From: Octopus vulgaris
Taxonomy: Eukaryota
Direction of reading: 5' to 3'
NCBI GenBank assembly: GCA_951406725.2
Contig: OX597825.1
Coordinates: forward strand, 25,792,001 to 25,856,000
Length of the DNA: 64,000 bases
The notes below the pieces were generated by a model. The model had not been told where the DNA came from. It was given only the letters and a program-made list of their open reading frames with translations, and searched no databases. A program made the position numbers and the translations under genes. Shown piece after piece: positions 13,160 through 27,984 of this stretch. Each line of letters opens with the position of its first letter. The first letter of the stretch is position 1.

Positions 13160-14045
13160 AACCTTCTCTGTTCATCAGCCACACGGAACGCTGCTTGGGT
13201 AACCGGTTTTCGGAGCTCCTCCAAGACATCAGATTCGGCAATGACACTCCGCTATTTCTGCTCTACAAGCCATTCGCTACAACATCTGTCTGTATTCGAA
13301 CTGTCTTTGCGCAGGGGACATTCGGACTCGCGCCTTCACCGTGAACCGGTATAAATCTTCTCTCCTCGCTCCTTTGCGCTACATGGCCTCAACTTACCTC
13401 CTCTCTTCATCTGACACCTACCTCATCTCCTCTCTTCATTTAATATCACCCCACACTACTCCACATACACTAACACTGACCACTTTCCAGCACCTTCACC
13501 ACACAGCATCATCCACACACACACACACGATATGCAATAGCGTCACCATACATACCACACTCAACCCGCATTAACACGCAACTTACATAAAGATAACTTT
13601 CGCCGACATAAATATACCATAAACATACACACTGTTTGGTCACACTGTTTCGTCACACACACATGCACATGTGCGCACACCACGTAAAAAGCACGCCTCA
13701 AATGTTACACACAGCACACACAGACGTTACACACACACACTCATCACACACGCACACTCTCACACACGTCAGAGTCACTCGTTCGTATCCACACACACTT
13801 GCACACTCACACACTCCATTATCATATGTACACACATGCATGAACACCAGTACTTTATTATTTCCCTTTTTTTCAAACTTTTCTCCAATTATACAACATG
13901 TTGTCCACTATCTTAATTTTTTTTCTCCCTGTTTACTTTCTATTGATCCTTTCTGTTGAAGAGCGTAGGCTCGAAACGTAAAAAAAATTCATTCAGCGTT
14001 TTAAATAAAGGGCATTGTTTTTTATTTTGTTGTTTTCGTTCTTTG
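13160..14045 (+). mobile_element. Penelope-like element 3' remnant: decayed GIY-YIG, CA-rich UTR and hammerhead-like terminus
   Basis: Translation NRFSELLQDIRFGNDT..RYFCSTSHSLQHLSVFELSLRRGHSDSRLHREP is collinear with the GIY-YIG at 4428-4703. Hammerhead-like motif at 13949-13984. Confidence 0.8.
13949..13984 (+). ncRNA. Minimal type-I hammerhead-like motif, variant core CUGUUGA
   Basis: cuuu-CUGUUGA-A-GAGC(GUAG)GCUC-GAAACGUA-aaaa: stem II hairpin, palindromic ACGU stem III, weak stem I. Confidence 0.55.
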
Positions 14046-14169
14046 CTGTCTTTCCTCCTCTTCCTCTTCCTCATTTGTCTCATCCCCAACGCTTTCCTTC
14101 TCCCTCCTTTTCGTATTCATCCTCTCTCTCAACACCGTGACAAGCCACACTTTGCAGCACATACTTATA

Positions 14170-14468
14170 CCCACCACCACCACCACCAACACCACAACCA
14201 TCATCATCATCATCATCATCATCACCGTTATCATCATCCTCACCATCATCATCGTCGACGTCATCATCATCATCAGCATCATCATCATCATCATGACATC
14301 CTCATCCTCGTCAGCATGAAGAGAAGACCACTAGGATGGTCCGATGTTTACTGCCATTTACTGCCATCGTTAATGTTAAACGCTTCTGGATTATATTGCT
14401 TCATAAAGATATTTACATTGACGTTATGGTTGTTACATTTTACTTTCTTATAGTCTTTCACCATCGCT

Positions 14469-14522
<54 letters not shown>

Positions 14523-14552
14523 AACTACTACTACACTACTACCACCACCACC

Positions 14553-14587
<35 letters not shown>

Positions 14588-14719
14588 CAGCACCAGCACC
14601 ACCACTACTGCTACTACCACCACCACCACCACCACCACTACTACTACCACCACCACCACCACTACTACTACGACTACTACAACCACACTACTACTACTAC
14701 TACTACTACCACAATCACC

Positions 14720-14764
<45 letters not shown>

Positions 14765-14858
14765 GCCATCACCACTACCACTACTACTACTGCTGCTGCT
14801 GCTACCACTACTACTACTACTAATACCACCACCACCATCACCACTACTACTGCTGCTG

Positions 14859-14901
<43 letters not shown>

Positions 14902-14941
14902 AACTACTACTACTACTACTACTTCTACTACTACTACTACT
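14170..14941. repeat. Compound trinucleotide microsatellites (CAC/CAT/TAC/TGC)n
   Basis: Directly visible; source of the poly-His/Thr/Leu pseudo-ORFs. Confidence 0.95.
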
Positions 14942-15309
14942 GGATATATAGCTGTACTTCCGTTCCCAGAAACACTAATTTACTGTGCTCGTATATAAAA
15001 CATACCATAATATTTCTGCCGTTATTTTTCGCGATGTCGTTCTTATTCTTATTGTTATTGCTACTGTTATTGTTATTGTTGTTGCTGCTTGGTACAAGAT
15101 CAGTTCTGGGCCATCAAAAACCTAAAATTAAACACTTATTAGTCCTTACCGTTCGACTGTTTCAGGAATAGTTCCAGACTGTATTATAAAATAAGCCCAG
15201 AGATTTTTTTTGTCTTTATTTCAAGATCGTAAAACATGATGGGAGTAATTTATAGCAACACGATTATCCAGACAGCGGCTTCCTTTTAACCCCTTCTTGC
15301 GGTTTAAAA

Positions 15310-15347
15310 TATCTATATCTATATCTAGCTGTCTGTCTGTATGTCTG

Positions 15348-15420
<73 letters not shown>

Positions 15421-15559
15421 ATATATATATATGTATGTATATGTATGCATATATATATATCTGTATATACATACATATATACATATATATATATATGTAT
15501 TCATATATCTATATATATGTATTTATATATGTATTTGTATATATATATTTATGTATATG

Positions 15560-15594
<35 letters not shown>

Positions 15595-15615
15595 TTATAT
15601 ATGTATTTATATATG

Positions 15616-15652
<37 letters not shown>

Positions 15653-15744
15653 GTAGATATATGCATTTATATATGTATATGTATATATATATATATTTAT
15701 ATATGTGTATATATATGTATATATATATATATATGTGTGTGTGA

Positions 15745-15784
<40 letters not shown>

Positions 15785-15792
15785 ATATATAA
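15310..15792. repeat. (TATC)n and degenerate (AT)n low-complexity tract
   Basis: Directly visible. Confidence 0.95.
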
Positions 15793-15970
15793 TTAACCCC
15801 AAAAAACTGAGAAAAAACACAAGAAAACAGCAACAACGACGACGTGGTACATGCAGGATATCAATAAAGCGGTCAGGGAAGGAAAGAAAGGGTATTTTAT
15901 GTTTCGAGCAAAGCTCTTCAGAAACAGGAGTCAGAGAAAAGTTCAAAATAAAAGAAGGCATAGGAAAAAA
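15793..15970 (-). mobile_element. Penelope-type terminal fragment with degenerate hammerhead-like motif
   Basis: Minus strand reads guuucUGAAGAGCuuuGCUCGAAACAUAaaauac, then a pyrimidine-rich tail ending in (TA)n. Confidence 0.55.
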
Positions 15971-16463
15971 CTTGTGTTCATATCAGGAGATTGGCTCGGC
16001 CAAGGTAGCTTTTTGATCCCATTTTCAGTCAACTATTGTTGATTCCCTTTCGCTGTGTGGCATGGAGCCCCATATTCCATGAATTAAAACTCATTTTTCG
16101 TTGTGTTATCGTGTGAATAAATAGGAAATAGTCCTGGCTTAAAAATTTCGATATGTTTCTCAGAGTTTATGGTTCCAACACATTCGATTATAGTATAATA
16201 TGAATTGCACTATACTTCTATTAACAGTAGCAAAAGGAATTTTGAAGATTTTCGGCAATTTTCCGCTGGCTAAGATCAGCCTCAGATTGACAAATAATAC
16301 GACGTCTTTGAAAATCTGACAGTACCGCTGAATTTTTTGTGCGTGGCATGATAACCCTTCGCAAATGTTTAATATAATGGCACCTGGAATGAAAAAGAAT
16401 AATTTGTAAATTTTACACTGCAGAAGACATATTAAGACGCGTGCCTGTACGCGTGCCTGTACT

Positions 16464-16501
<38 letters not shown>

Positions 16502-16518
16502 ACATATATAGTGAGCAT

Positions 16519-16549
<31 letters not shown>

Positions 16550-17993
16550 CTTACGTATATATATGTGTGTGTGTGCGTTTCTGTGTTTGTGTGTATGAGA
16601 ACGTCGTTCCTGAGTTCACCAAAGCCTTGATGTTTTATACTGGGTTTAAAAGCATTACTTTCAGTCAACTAAGCTTTTTTTACACTTAGCATTTTTGTTT
16701 TGCCACTGAGGGAAATGCTACTCATATCAATTGAATTTTGTAAACTTATAATGATTTATTTCTATTAGTTTTGATTCTCACAACTTTACACTGAAAGCAA
16801 GGTAGGCGTTGATTATCAATTTACTCCTCGTATTTATACAGAAACATCTAGCAGTAATATACTGCGTTTGATTTTAAACAGAAGAACAATTTTCTTATTA
16901 GTCGGTGGCCTTAGTGTAAGTAAGGAATCAATATCATCTGCTTTGGAATATTTCTTGAAAAAGCACAATTGCTTCATATATAAGATTACTTAAAACTTAA
17001 TATTTCTTGGATGAAAAAAATTTATACTATCTAAAGCAAAAAAGATGCAAAAATCTAATTCATAACAAGTAAAGTGTAATGGTTTAAATACATTATCAAT
17101 CTATAATTTGCTTTTCTTTTCCATTGGTTTTTATTGTAAATAACTCAAAAAACAGAAAAAAATATCGAAAAATCATTATGTATGACTGTACTGGAAAGGA
17201 TGTACATTTTTCAAAACGTGACTCACAACATTTTTGTCTCATCCCACGCTGAAACTGAATCAATCTTAGTAGACTTAACAGATTTAAACTAATATTACCA
17301 TGCAATTATCCAAACAAAACTTCGCTTTCTTCGTTTCCATGTATAGTTCTGCTTGTCAGCTTATGATCTGATTATGCTGTGATATGTCGGTAAACAGATC
17401 TACGTGATAGAGTCAAGAAAAACCAACAAAAACAACGCTGATATATAAATATGATTTGTAAAATAATAAAAAAACAAAATATACATATAATCATTATAGA
17501 ATGTCTTCGTTAAAAATATTGATCCTTGTATTATTCCATATCTCCCTTATTGTCAAACTCTCTCATTTGTACTCTCTCATTGGCTGTTTGCTGCATCTAA
17601 CTATCTCGCCTCTCTTTCTCTTTCTCTCTGTCTCTGTCTCTATCTCTGTTTCTGTTTGCCTGTCTCCTTCACTCTCTCTTCGATATGTATGATTATGTCT
17701 TTTCTTGTTTTTGCTTTCCTCACAATCTCCTTTGTTATTGCCTTCTCTCTCTCACATTGTGTCTACTGTATGCTTCTTTCAATATATGTCGACTCTTTTT
17801 ATGTATATGTACATTTATACATACATACATACATTCATACGTACATACATACATACATACATACACGTATATACATATATATATATAGAGAGAGAGGGAG
17901 ATATGTTTATATGCATATATAAATACATATACAAATATATATGTATATACATATATACATACATATGTATATATATTTATATGTATATACATT

Positions 17994-18175
17994 CATAGCT
18001 GTACATTTACGTGCAAATATACATGCAAGTATACATACATGTATACACTCACATATGAACATATACCCACATACTTACATACATATATACATACATAGCT
18101 GTACATTTACGTGCAAACATACATGCAAGCACTCATACATGTATGCACTCACATATGAACATATACCCACATACT

Positions 18176-18177
<2 letters not shown>
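17994..18177. repeat. Two-copy tandem duplication, period about 100 bp
   Basis: catagctgtacatttacgtgcaaa...catatgaacatatacccacatact at 17994 and 18094. Confidence 0.85.
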
Positions 18178-18225
<48 letters not shown>

Positions 18226-19929
18226 TACACATACACACACATATATAAATCTTTATGTATATATATATGCATGTGTATGTACATGTATGCGTGTACATGC
18301 TTATGTGTGTTTGCTCTTTTTTACCCTTACACCCGTCTCCCACACCCACCTTCCCAAAATGCGATATTCATAGAAGTAAATAAAGGTTTATTGTGTGTTT
18401 TGTCTTCACTCAGCATTTCTCTCCTTCTTCTCTATGAAACTTTGCAAATAAATAAATGAATATTAACAAGACAGTCTAAAGTGTATTATTTATTTATTAC
18501 ATTATATTACTCAGCTTTATTTATTTATTTTTATCAATATTAGTTGTATTATTTGCATATATGTACTTAATACACATAGAAACACACACCATACACACAT
18601 AAATAGATTTGTTTGAGGATGACGGCTTACAGAAGACATGGAGGTGGTTGTGTAACTACATTTTGAAATCTGTCCTGGAAAACATTTATTCAACCGTGAT
18701 ATAATCAACTTTTCGCACCAAACATAATTCTTTTTAGTACAATGCATTGACATTATAATCTGATCCGTATAATTCCCTAGTTCGAATAAAAGGAGTTTCT
18801 GCTGTTCACAAAAATATATATTATGTATTAATTATTATTTCCTTTCCAAACGATTTCTTTTTGCTGTTTGTTTTATAGAAATTTCTGTAGTTATTTATTT
18901 TGTTGTTATTCTGGTAGTTGTTGTTGCTTTAAAATATGTAAAAGACTATAGAAAAGTTACTTGGAAGTGAATGTCTATTGTTTACAACGGGTTTAAGAAT
19001 GATAACTGTTTCGTTAAATATTAAATAAAACGAAAGAAAAAAGCGGCTATGTAAATTCGAAGTGTGTATAATAATGCTGGATAATTTACATATCAATTTC
19101 CGGAATTATCATTTCTTTTTACCATTTTTTTTGTCTCCTGCTGAAAATATTATCGGTCACACACACACTTGTAGATTAATTCTTCAATAAGACAAAAATT
19201 TCCATTCTGATCTTGGATTATATAGATTGCGATAAATGTTTGAAAAAACACAGAAAACAAAGACGACGTAAAAGGCAGCATTAAGCAAAAAAAAAAAAAC
19301 CCCAAAAAACAAACAAGAAAAATTACATTATCTAAAGCTGAAAGAAATCCCCTTTATTATGAATATTTACTCATTTCCTTTCACTTAAATTCGGCAAGAC
19401 ATACTCTCTTGTGCTAACTTACATTAAATGCGAGGACGACATGATGGGGTAGGACGAGCAGCCTTTTATATTCTATCCCAATCTTCTAAGCTCTAATCAC
19501 ACCTAAGCTGATTTCCGATTTCATCCACATAACATTATAGATTATAGAAACACGAGTCTTCCAATATTGAATCAACAATAAACTCCTACTCACACCCGTA
19601 CAAATTTGTCGCCTTGTCATAACATTAAACGTTCTCATTTTGTTAGGTTCTGTCACTCCTAATCTGAAAATTATACAAGGACTTACCATTCTGTTATATT
19701 TGCCCACAATTTCTAGTATATCCGTCTTTAGGGCCTAATTTGAGTATGACTTGACTGTTATATCCAGCAGTCAGAGATACTCTGAAAAGCAACCCCACGT
19801 TGTGTCTTAAATATTCTTACTGATCCTTGTGGCCAATCATCGTTGAGATGTAAAATTACGACCAATCAACATGACAACTTTAGCTGATTGCACGTTCTTA
19901 GATGTGAAAATGTAAAGGGCGTTTTTATT

Positions 19930-20380
19930 ACTATCAATGATAGAAGTTGTTATTTTGTAAGATAAATCATTAATGAACAGTAGGGAGAAGGAAGTTCCTT
20001 GGAGAGAAACATGTTGCATGCATTCACTGATTTCATAACATCTCGAGAACATGCTGCTGATCATAATTTTCATATCTTTTCTTGTTAGGAATGATCTGAT
20101 GGTGAAAAATATTCCATCACTTGAGTTACAGTCGATCAGTTTATGGAGTAACCGTTTATGGCATAGCTTCTCAATAAAGTGGGTATTAAAGCCGTTACCT
20201 AAAATATAATTTTTGCGGTCTGTAAATATATTAGCAGTAGACGTGGTAAACCGAAACTCATGCTAATTGTCACAAAGGAGGTTAAGATTAGTGAACGAGT
20301 AAATGTTGGGCGCGCTAGAGTTCGATTTAAATAACTTTGTTTTGATCTTTTATGGGCATGTATTGAGTTGGAGATTACTA
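19930..20380 (-). mobile_element. Highly decayed CR1/Jockey-group LINE RT remnant; possible endonuclease remnants extend to about 21350
   Basis: Minus-strand translation CHKRLLHKLIDCNSSDGIFFTIRSFLTRKDMKIMI...SLQGTSFSLLFINDL resembles WHxGLLHKL...SFLSxR...GVPQGSxLSPxLFxxFINDL. Confidence 0.6.
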
Positions 20381-20450
20381 GACGTCTTGAAAACTAGGTA
20401 AGCAATTGTTTTTTGTCATTAGGTAGAAACTACGTCTTGAGATATTAACC

Positions 20451-20677
20451 GAGCTGGCAGAATCGTTAGCACGCCGGGCGAAATGTGTAGCCGTATTTCG
20501 TCTGCCGCTATGTTCTGAGTTCAAATTCCGCCGATGTCTACTTTGCCTTTCATCCTTTCGGGGTCGATAAATTAAGAACCAGTTACGCACTGTGGGTCGA
20601 TGCAATCGACTTAATACGTTTGTCTGTCCTTGTTTGTCTCCTCTAAATTTAGCCCCTTGTGGGTAATAAAGAAACAT
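20451..20677 (+). mobile_element. SINE family A with 12-bp TSD
   Basis: ATATTAACCGAG at 20442-20453 and 20678-20689 flanks a full copy. Confidence 0.92.
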
Positions 20678-22823
20678 ATATTAACCGAGAACATTTGCTA
20701 GAATAGAGCTTATCCCAGGTGATAGGGACTTCTACTAGAATCTGGATCTGAATTAGCTGTCTAGTCGGATAAAGAACATTTATGATTGTAGGAATCCATG
20801 GCTAATGATCTAGTTAGAAATGCAGTAACTGCCACAGATACTTTCAGTGACCAAACTGGGATCGAGTAGTGGGGATTTAAATGGTTTGTTAATATTACAA
20901 AACTCAATTTCTCATGTTTTCAGTACAAATATGACAGCCGAGTTTTAGATTCTCTATGCTTGAGCAACTGGCTGCAACTCATGGGGGACACATGACAACC
21001 TGAGCTTACATATCTTGACAATAGGAGAAAGAATCTGGATGAGAAAGTGAAAAGGAAAAGGAAATGAAGAAAGGAAGAAAAGCAGGCAAGGGTGAGGTGG
21101 AAAGAAAATTTCAGGTTTGAATGGAACTGAAGGTTAAGAAAGGAATTACTGAACTAAATGGGGCTCACGGGATAGGAGTAAAAATATTCATTTGAATTCG
21201 TCAGTGACAGGGTTCTGAGTTTGACACGACTGATCTATTTAATTAAGTATGCCAAATCCATGATGTGCAGAGATGTGAATGTCCTGATGTAGTGACATGT
21301 TGGCTCAGATCCCAGAGTAGTATGCCCAGAATCCGTTCACGAAAAGGAACAGCAAGACGGCATCCCGTTTCTTCTGTGCAAAGTGTATTGCAAAGTTTGC
21401 GAATGTTATAATATATAAGGATGGAAAATGCGCAGCTGAAGATTTAAGTAAAGTGGTTTTAAGTTCCTGTGAATGAAAGTATCTGCTTTTAGATGTGGTT
21501 ATTCTCCGTTAATATAAAATACCTTATGGTTATTTACGCATCAGAAACATACAGAATGTAGAAATGTAGAAATATATTAAACATTACAAAACGAAAAATA
21601 TATATCGAGAGAAAAATTAGTTCAACGTAGCAGACAGAGAAGACTTTAACGTATAAAAATAAAAATAAAAATGAAAACAAAATCATACTGCATTCCAAGA
21701 ATTTGCCAGAACTATATCCAAAGAATTTGTTTCCCAACTTAGTAGACTATGTTAAATCTAAGATTGTAATCATGTTTATGTTTTGGATTATGGGATTTTC
21801 TTTTATTTTTTTATTTGATTTGGTTCAAGAAATCGCTGAAACGAAGTGTCAGAAGTGTGCGTGTCGCAACGAATAGTCGACGGCTTCGTGATGCTTGCAT
21901 TGCGTGGTATTAAGAACAAATGTCATGGTTTTGGAAGTGATTTTCTTTTTATAAAACAAGGTCATTATTCCAGGTTTCTACTCAGAAGAATTGAGGTCAG
22001 ATTTTAGTAGGAAAATAAAAATACAAGAAAAGCAGATAAACAAACAAGAAAGTAAAGAAACGATGGTAGAAATATTACATGATAAATGTTTGAAAAATAT
22101 TTCTGAAACGTAGCAAAATTTGTTATTTACGATTGGGTGGTTGACCGAATATTTCCAGTTTAGCACCACTGCATGCGAATTTCTGTTGAAAAAGTTTGGA
22201 GACAGGTCTTATCTTTAAAAATAGCTTCCTCCCTCCCACCACTCTCAGAGGCCCTGTAAAGAGTCATGGCCACTGCGTTTTCTCAAGTCTAAAAACAAAC
22301 CTTGCTGTTTTTATTTACATCTCGTTGCACCATCAGACTTTATACATTTGAACGTTCCAAGTTTAAATTATTATTAGTTACAAACAAGGTATATAGTCTT
22401 GATTTTATCACCTCGGTCGATTTATCGCTATATTACTGCTGCAAGTGACGTTGCTGCTGTATAGAGTGAACGGCTTGTTCGTGAGATAAACTAGCTGCCG
22501 GATTTCAACAGAAAACAGTTGCGTTGTCTGTTGTCGCAGATTTCACCTATTATTCGTTTAGAGTTAATATTTAACAAATTAATCGGATACCAAATTTTGT
22601 GGTTACATTGAGATCAAGGTTATCGTTGAACATTATTTAAATCATCATTCTGATCAAAATCCATTGAATTTTAGAGAGATGTTTTGGCCACATTGAATAC
22701 AAATTGGTGGGCATTGTCTTAATGGTTTTGTAAAATACTAGTTCATGGAGACTATTTTGGGTTAAGTGGGTTTAAAGTTTATATTTATACGGCTAATTCT
22801 GTATTTAATATTTTTATAAAATA

Positions 22824-22993
22824 TGCGCAAGAATGGCTGTGTGGTAAGTAGCTTGCTTACCAACCACATGATTCTGGGTTCAGTCCCACTGCGCGGCACC
22901 TTGGGCAAGTGTCTTCTACTTTAGCCTCGGGCCGTCCAAAGTGAGTGGATTTGGTAGACGGAAACTGAAAGAAACCCATCGTATATATGTATA

Positions 22994-23077
<84 letters not shown>

Positions 23078-23202
23078 TATGTTTGTCCCCACCAACATCG
23101 CAAAGTCGACCTTGGCGGAATTTGAACTCAGAACGTAGCGGCACACGAAATACCGCTAAGCATTTCGTCCAGCGCGCTAATGATTCTGCCACCTCGCCGC
23201 CT
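22824..23202. mobile_element. Fused SINEs: family B 5' part (+, 22824-23100) joined to family A 5' part (-, 23101-23202)
   Basis: Abrupt switch at ...ccaacatcg|caaagtcgaccttggcgg. Confidence 0.85.
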
Positions 23203-24479
23203 TGTATCGACAAATATTATGAAAATTCAAGAATTGAACTGAAACTCTTCTAATGTGTAGATAAAGAAATAGCTAAAGGTCGTATGGGAGTTCATAGATG
23301 GGAGATAACCTGTAGCAATGAAACAAGCAATATTTTATGAGTTTTAGAATTCTGAGATATGTGAAGTAGTTCAGGAAGGGGAAATATTGCATATGGGTTA
23401 AGAATCACCGTTTAAAGAGTTTCTGTTGTTAAGACGGCAACATCATTTAGTTACATTTCTCTCTATGTTGCCCGAAAACGAGTTAAAAAAGAAACGAGCG
23501 TTAGTGACGTCCTTACTAGGTATATCAAATATCACTAAATCGTGGCCTCTTGACTTATAAAATTACATTTCAACAAAGATTCCTGCATTCAGTGGTTAGC
23601 AAAATGATAGGAAGTGTTTTTTGTAATTTCACATACTAACGCACTTGTTTCTCCTTATGAATTCGCAAACGTTAACTCACAGCATGTCCAAATATAAGGA
23701 ATATAAAAATGAAGACGAGGTTGAATATGAAAATAAAGAATTAATATTTCCAAACATGGAACGTTATTTAGAACTAGAGTTTCATCGTTATGTGGTAAAA
23801 TAAACCTGACTTATATGCTTTGCATTATATTATATCCCGTTGAAGGCGATACTACACGTACAAACATATATTGATGAGACATTCGAACTTGATTGTCTGG
23901 TTATTCAGGTTTATGTATGAAATTAACAGAATTAGCATTGTTGCTCTACCAATGATAAATAATCATGGAAAGAGTACAATCTTTGTTATGTCTCGAATCG
24001 CAGTATCGTTTAGGGCAGAATGTACGAATCACTTGAAAGGATATTTAAAGACACGAATACTCTTTATCACCGAAACCATATATGAAGTGGAATCTTTGCT
24101 GACAATTAAATTCCTTTGTAATTTTATATAAAAATGTTCGACTAAGTATGACACACTTGTTAAACATTTCAGTACAGGGAATCATACATCTCCTAAAATG
24201 GGCGGTCATGAAAATAAATTAAAAAGCGAATTTTAAAAAAAGAACGGAAGTGTAAAAATCTATATTATGGAACAGTTTATGGCTACCTGAAATAGTTGGT
24301 TCTTTTTTTTAATTTTGTTCTAGAAAATAAGGAAAGAAAGAACTAATAAAGTTCTCTTCCCATTTTTCATTTTCACTCTGTTTCTCTAACACCCTGACGC
24401 TATCATTGACTTCCAAAAATATTATTTGCTTTTCTCTCGCACATTTTGGTTTGGCCATCCCTGTCCCTATACGTATCGG

Positions 24480-25745
<1,266 letters not shown>

Positions 25746-26155
25746 TTTGCTTTTCTCATTATTATTTCTTTGTATTTTTATTATTTTAATATTTTTATCC
25801 GACTATATAATATTATCTTGAATACAATTTGTAGTCTAGTACTGGAAGATTCTATTAAATTATTGTAATCATTGTTCCTTGAGAAAATTGTTTTTCCAAT
25901 GAAAGCTGTATTTTTTTAAACTTCAACATCAGTATGTATATATATACATGGTCCTATTCAATATATATACTATTTTATTATCATGTCTCTGCGAAAGATG
26001 TCGTTCTTACTACTTGGTTTATTGCAGAGGCACATTTTAATCCTATTTCACTCGAAATTATATCAAATGTGATTAATACACACACATACGGATACAGTGT
26101 GCACGAACGAACATGTATATATATATATGCTTGTGTGTGTATATATGTGTGTGTG

Positions 26156-26199
<44 letters not shown>

Positions 26200-26494
26200 G
26201 ATTTATATATACTCCCCCACATATATATAGATTTATATATACTCCCCCATATTTATACATATATATATATAAATAGGGGTGAAAGAGAGAGAGAGAGAGA
26301 GGGAGAGAGAGAGAAGGAGGAACAATAAAAGAGAGAATAGCAGATCAGAGAACTGACACACAGACTATATAAAATATATGTAAGCATGAATATACTATTT
26401 TTCTATGTAACTATGTACGTATGTATGTGTATGTCTGTCTCCTGGATACCTATCTATCCGTCTATGTATGTACGTATGTATGTATATATGCATG

Positions 26495-26528
<34 letters not shown>

Positions 26529-27006
26529 TGTATGTATGTATGTATGTATGTATGTATGTATGTATGTATGTATCTGTCTGTGTGTCTATCTAGGTAGCTA
26601 GCTATCTATTTGCATTCTTACGTTATAATGATGCAAAATTTCATCACCTAAATATAGGGAAAAATATATTAACATATTCATATGAACATGTATAAGTGGC
26701 TAATTTTAATTCAAACTGAAACAAGTCAATGCAGGATGCGCACTTTTCTTTTTATCATTCACGAATATAAACCTCGGCATATATTTATACGCATGTGTCA
26801 GTAAGTTTGAATGTATATGAGTATGTGTATGTGTGAATAAACGCGCGCACCTAAACAGATATGTATGTATTGGTGTATGTATGTATGTATGTATGTATGT
26901 ATGTATGTATGTATGTATGTATGTATGTATGTATGTATGTATGTATCTATCTATCTCTCTCTCCATATATGCATACATATATATCCATATATATAAATAT
27001 ATATAT

Positions 27007-27183
27007 AGTTTTTTCTCTCCTTTTTTTTCTCTCCTCGTTTGTTTCTGTGTAGCTTTCTGTAGAAGAGCGTAGGCTCGAAACGTAAAATATACTTTTTCTA
27101 TTCCTCAGCGCTATACTAATATATTTGTTTGTTTGTACACCACCTGCCTTCGTCTTTTGTTTATTTTTGTAAACTTTCCCTTT
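27007..27183 (+). mobile_element. Solo Penelope-type terminus with hammerhead-like motif (core CUGUAGA, 27057-27084), embedded in (TA)n
   Basis: Aligns over about 170 bp with 62396-62590. Motif cuuuCUGUAGAAGAGCGUAGGCUCGAAACGUAaaa. Confidence 0.7.
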
Positions 27184-27207
27184 ATATATATATATAAATA
27201 CTTGGTG

Positions 27208-27319
<112 letters not shown>

Positions 27320-27321
27320 TG

Positions 27322-27382
<61 letters not shown>

Positions 27383-27984
27383 ATATGCATATAGGTGCTT
27401 GTGATTTTCTATTTCAATTGTCATCCTCTGTATGCGAATTATTTTTGTAATTTAAACTGCAATATAGTGATTCCCTTTCAGAAAAAAAAAATTTTTATTA
27501 CCAGCTTGTTCAAAATGCATGTTATTATTTCACGTAGGTTTTATGGTTTAAAATCTTGAAACTTATTTTCAATTCCAAAGTCACTAACAGAATACTGTTC
27601 TCTTTTCAAATAAAATTGTCTGTTAGATTTTTAATTATTTTAGTTTTTCACTAGAAGAGGGTATTATATTTATGGTGGTGGTGGTGGTGGGGGGGTACGT
27701 AACTGTCGACCTCTGGATTTCTTTCCTCAGTTCTGGAATGTGAACCTGGTAATAGAAAGAGTTATATGGAGCACGAGAACACGTATTTAATATGTATGCG
27801 AAGAGGTTAGATAGTATTGTCGCTGTGGAATAGACCAATAATTATAGTCTGTCGAGCATACTGTGTTCGCTGTGTATACATTGCAAAGGCTTGTTTTTCT
27901 TGTATTTGCATAGAAAGGAAAGACAGTAAATTGATAGAAGGATTACAATGTAGGATAAAATGCCTAGCATTAATTCTTCCGACT

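Noticed and set aside
14336-14998. 220-aa ORF rich in Leu/His/Tyr/Thr (and the overlapping His-rich 13956-14453)
   Set aside because: Translation of trinucleotide microsatellites; no domain or exon structure.
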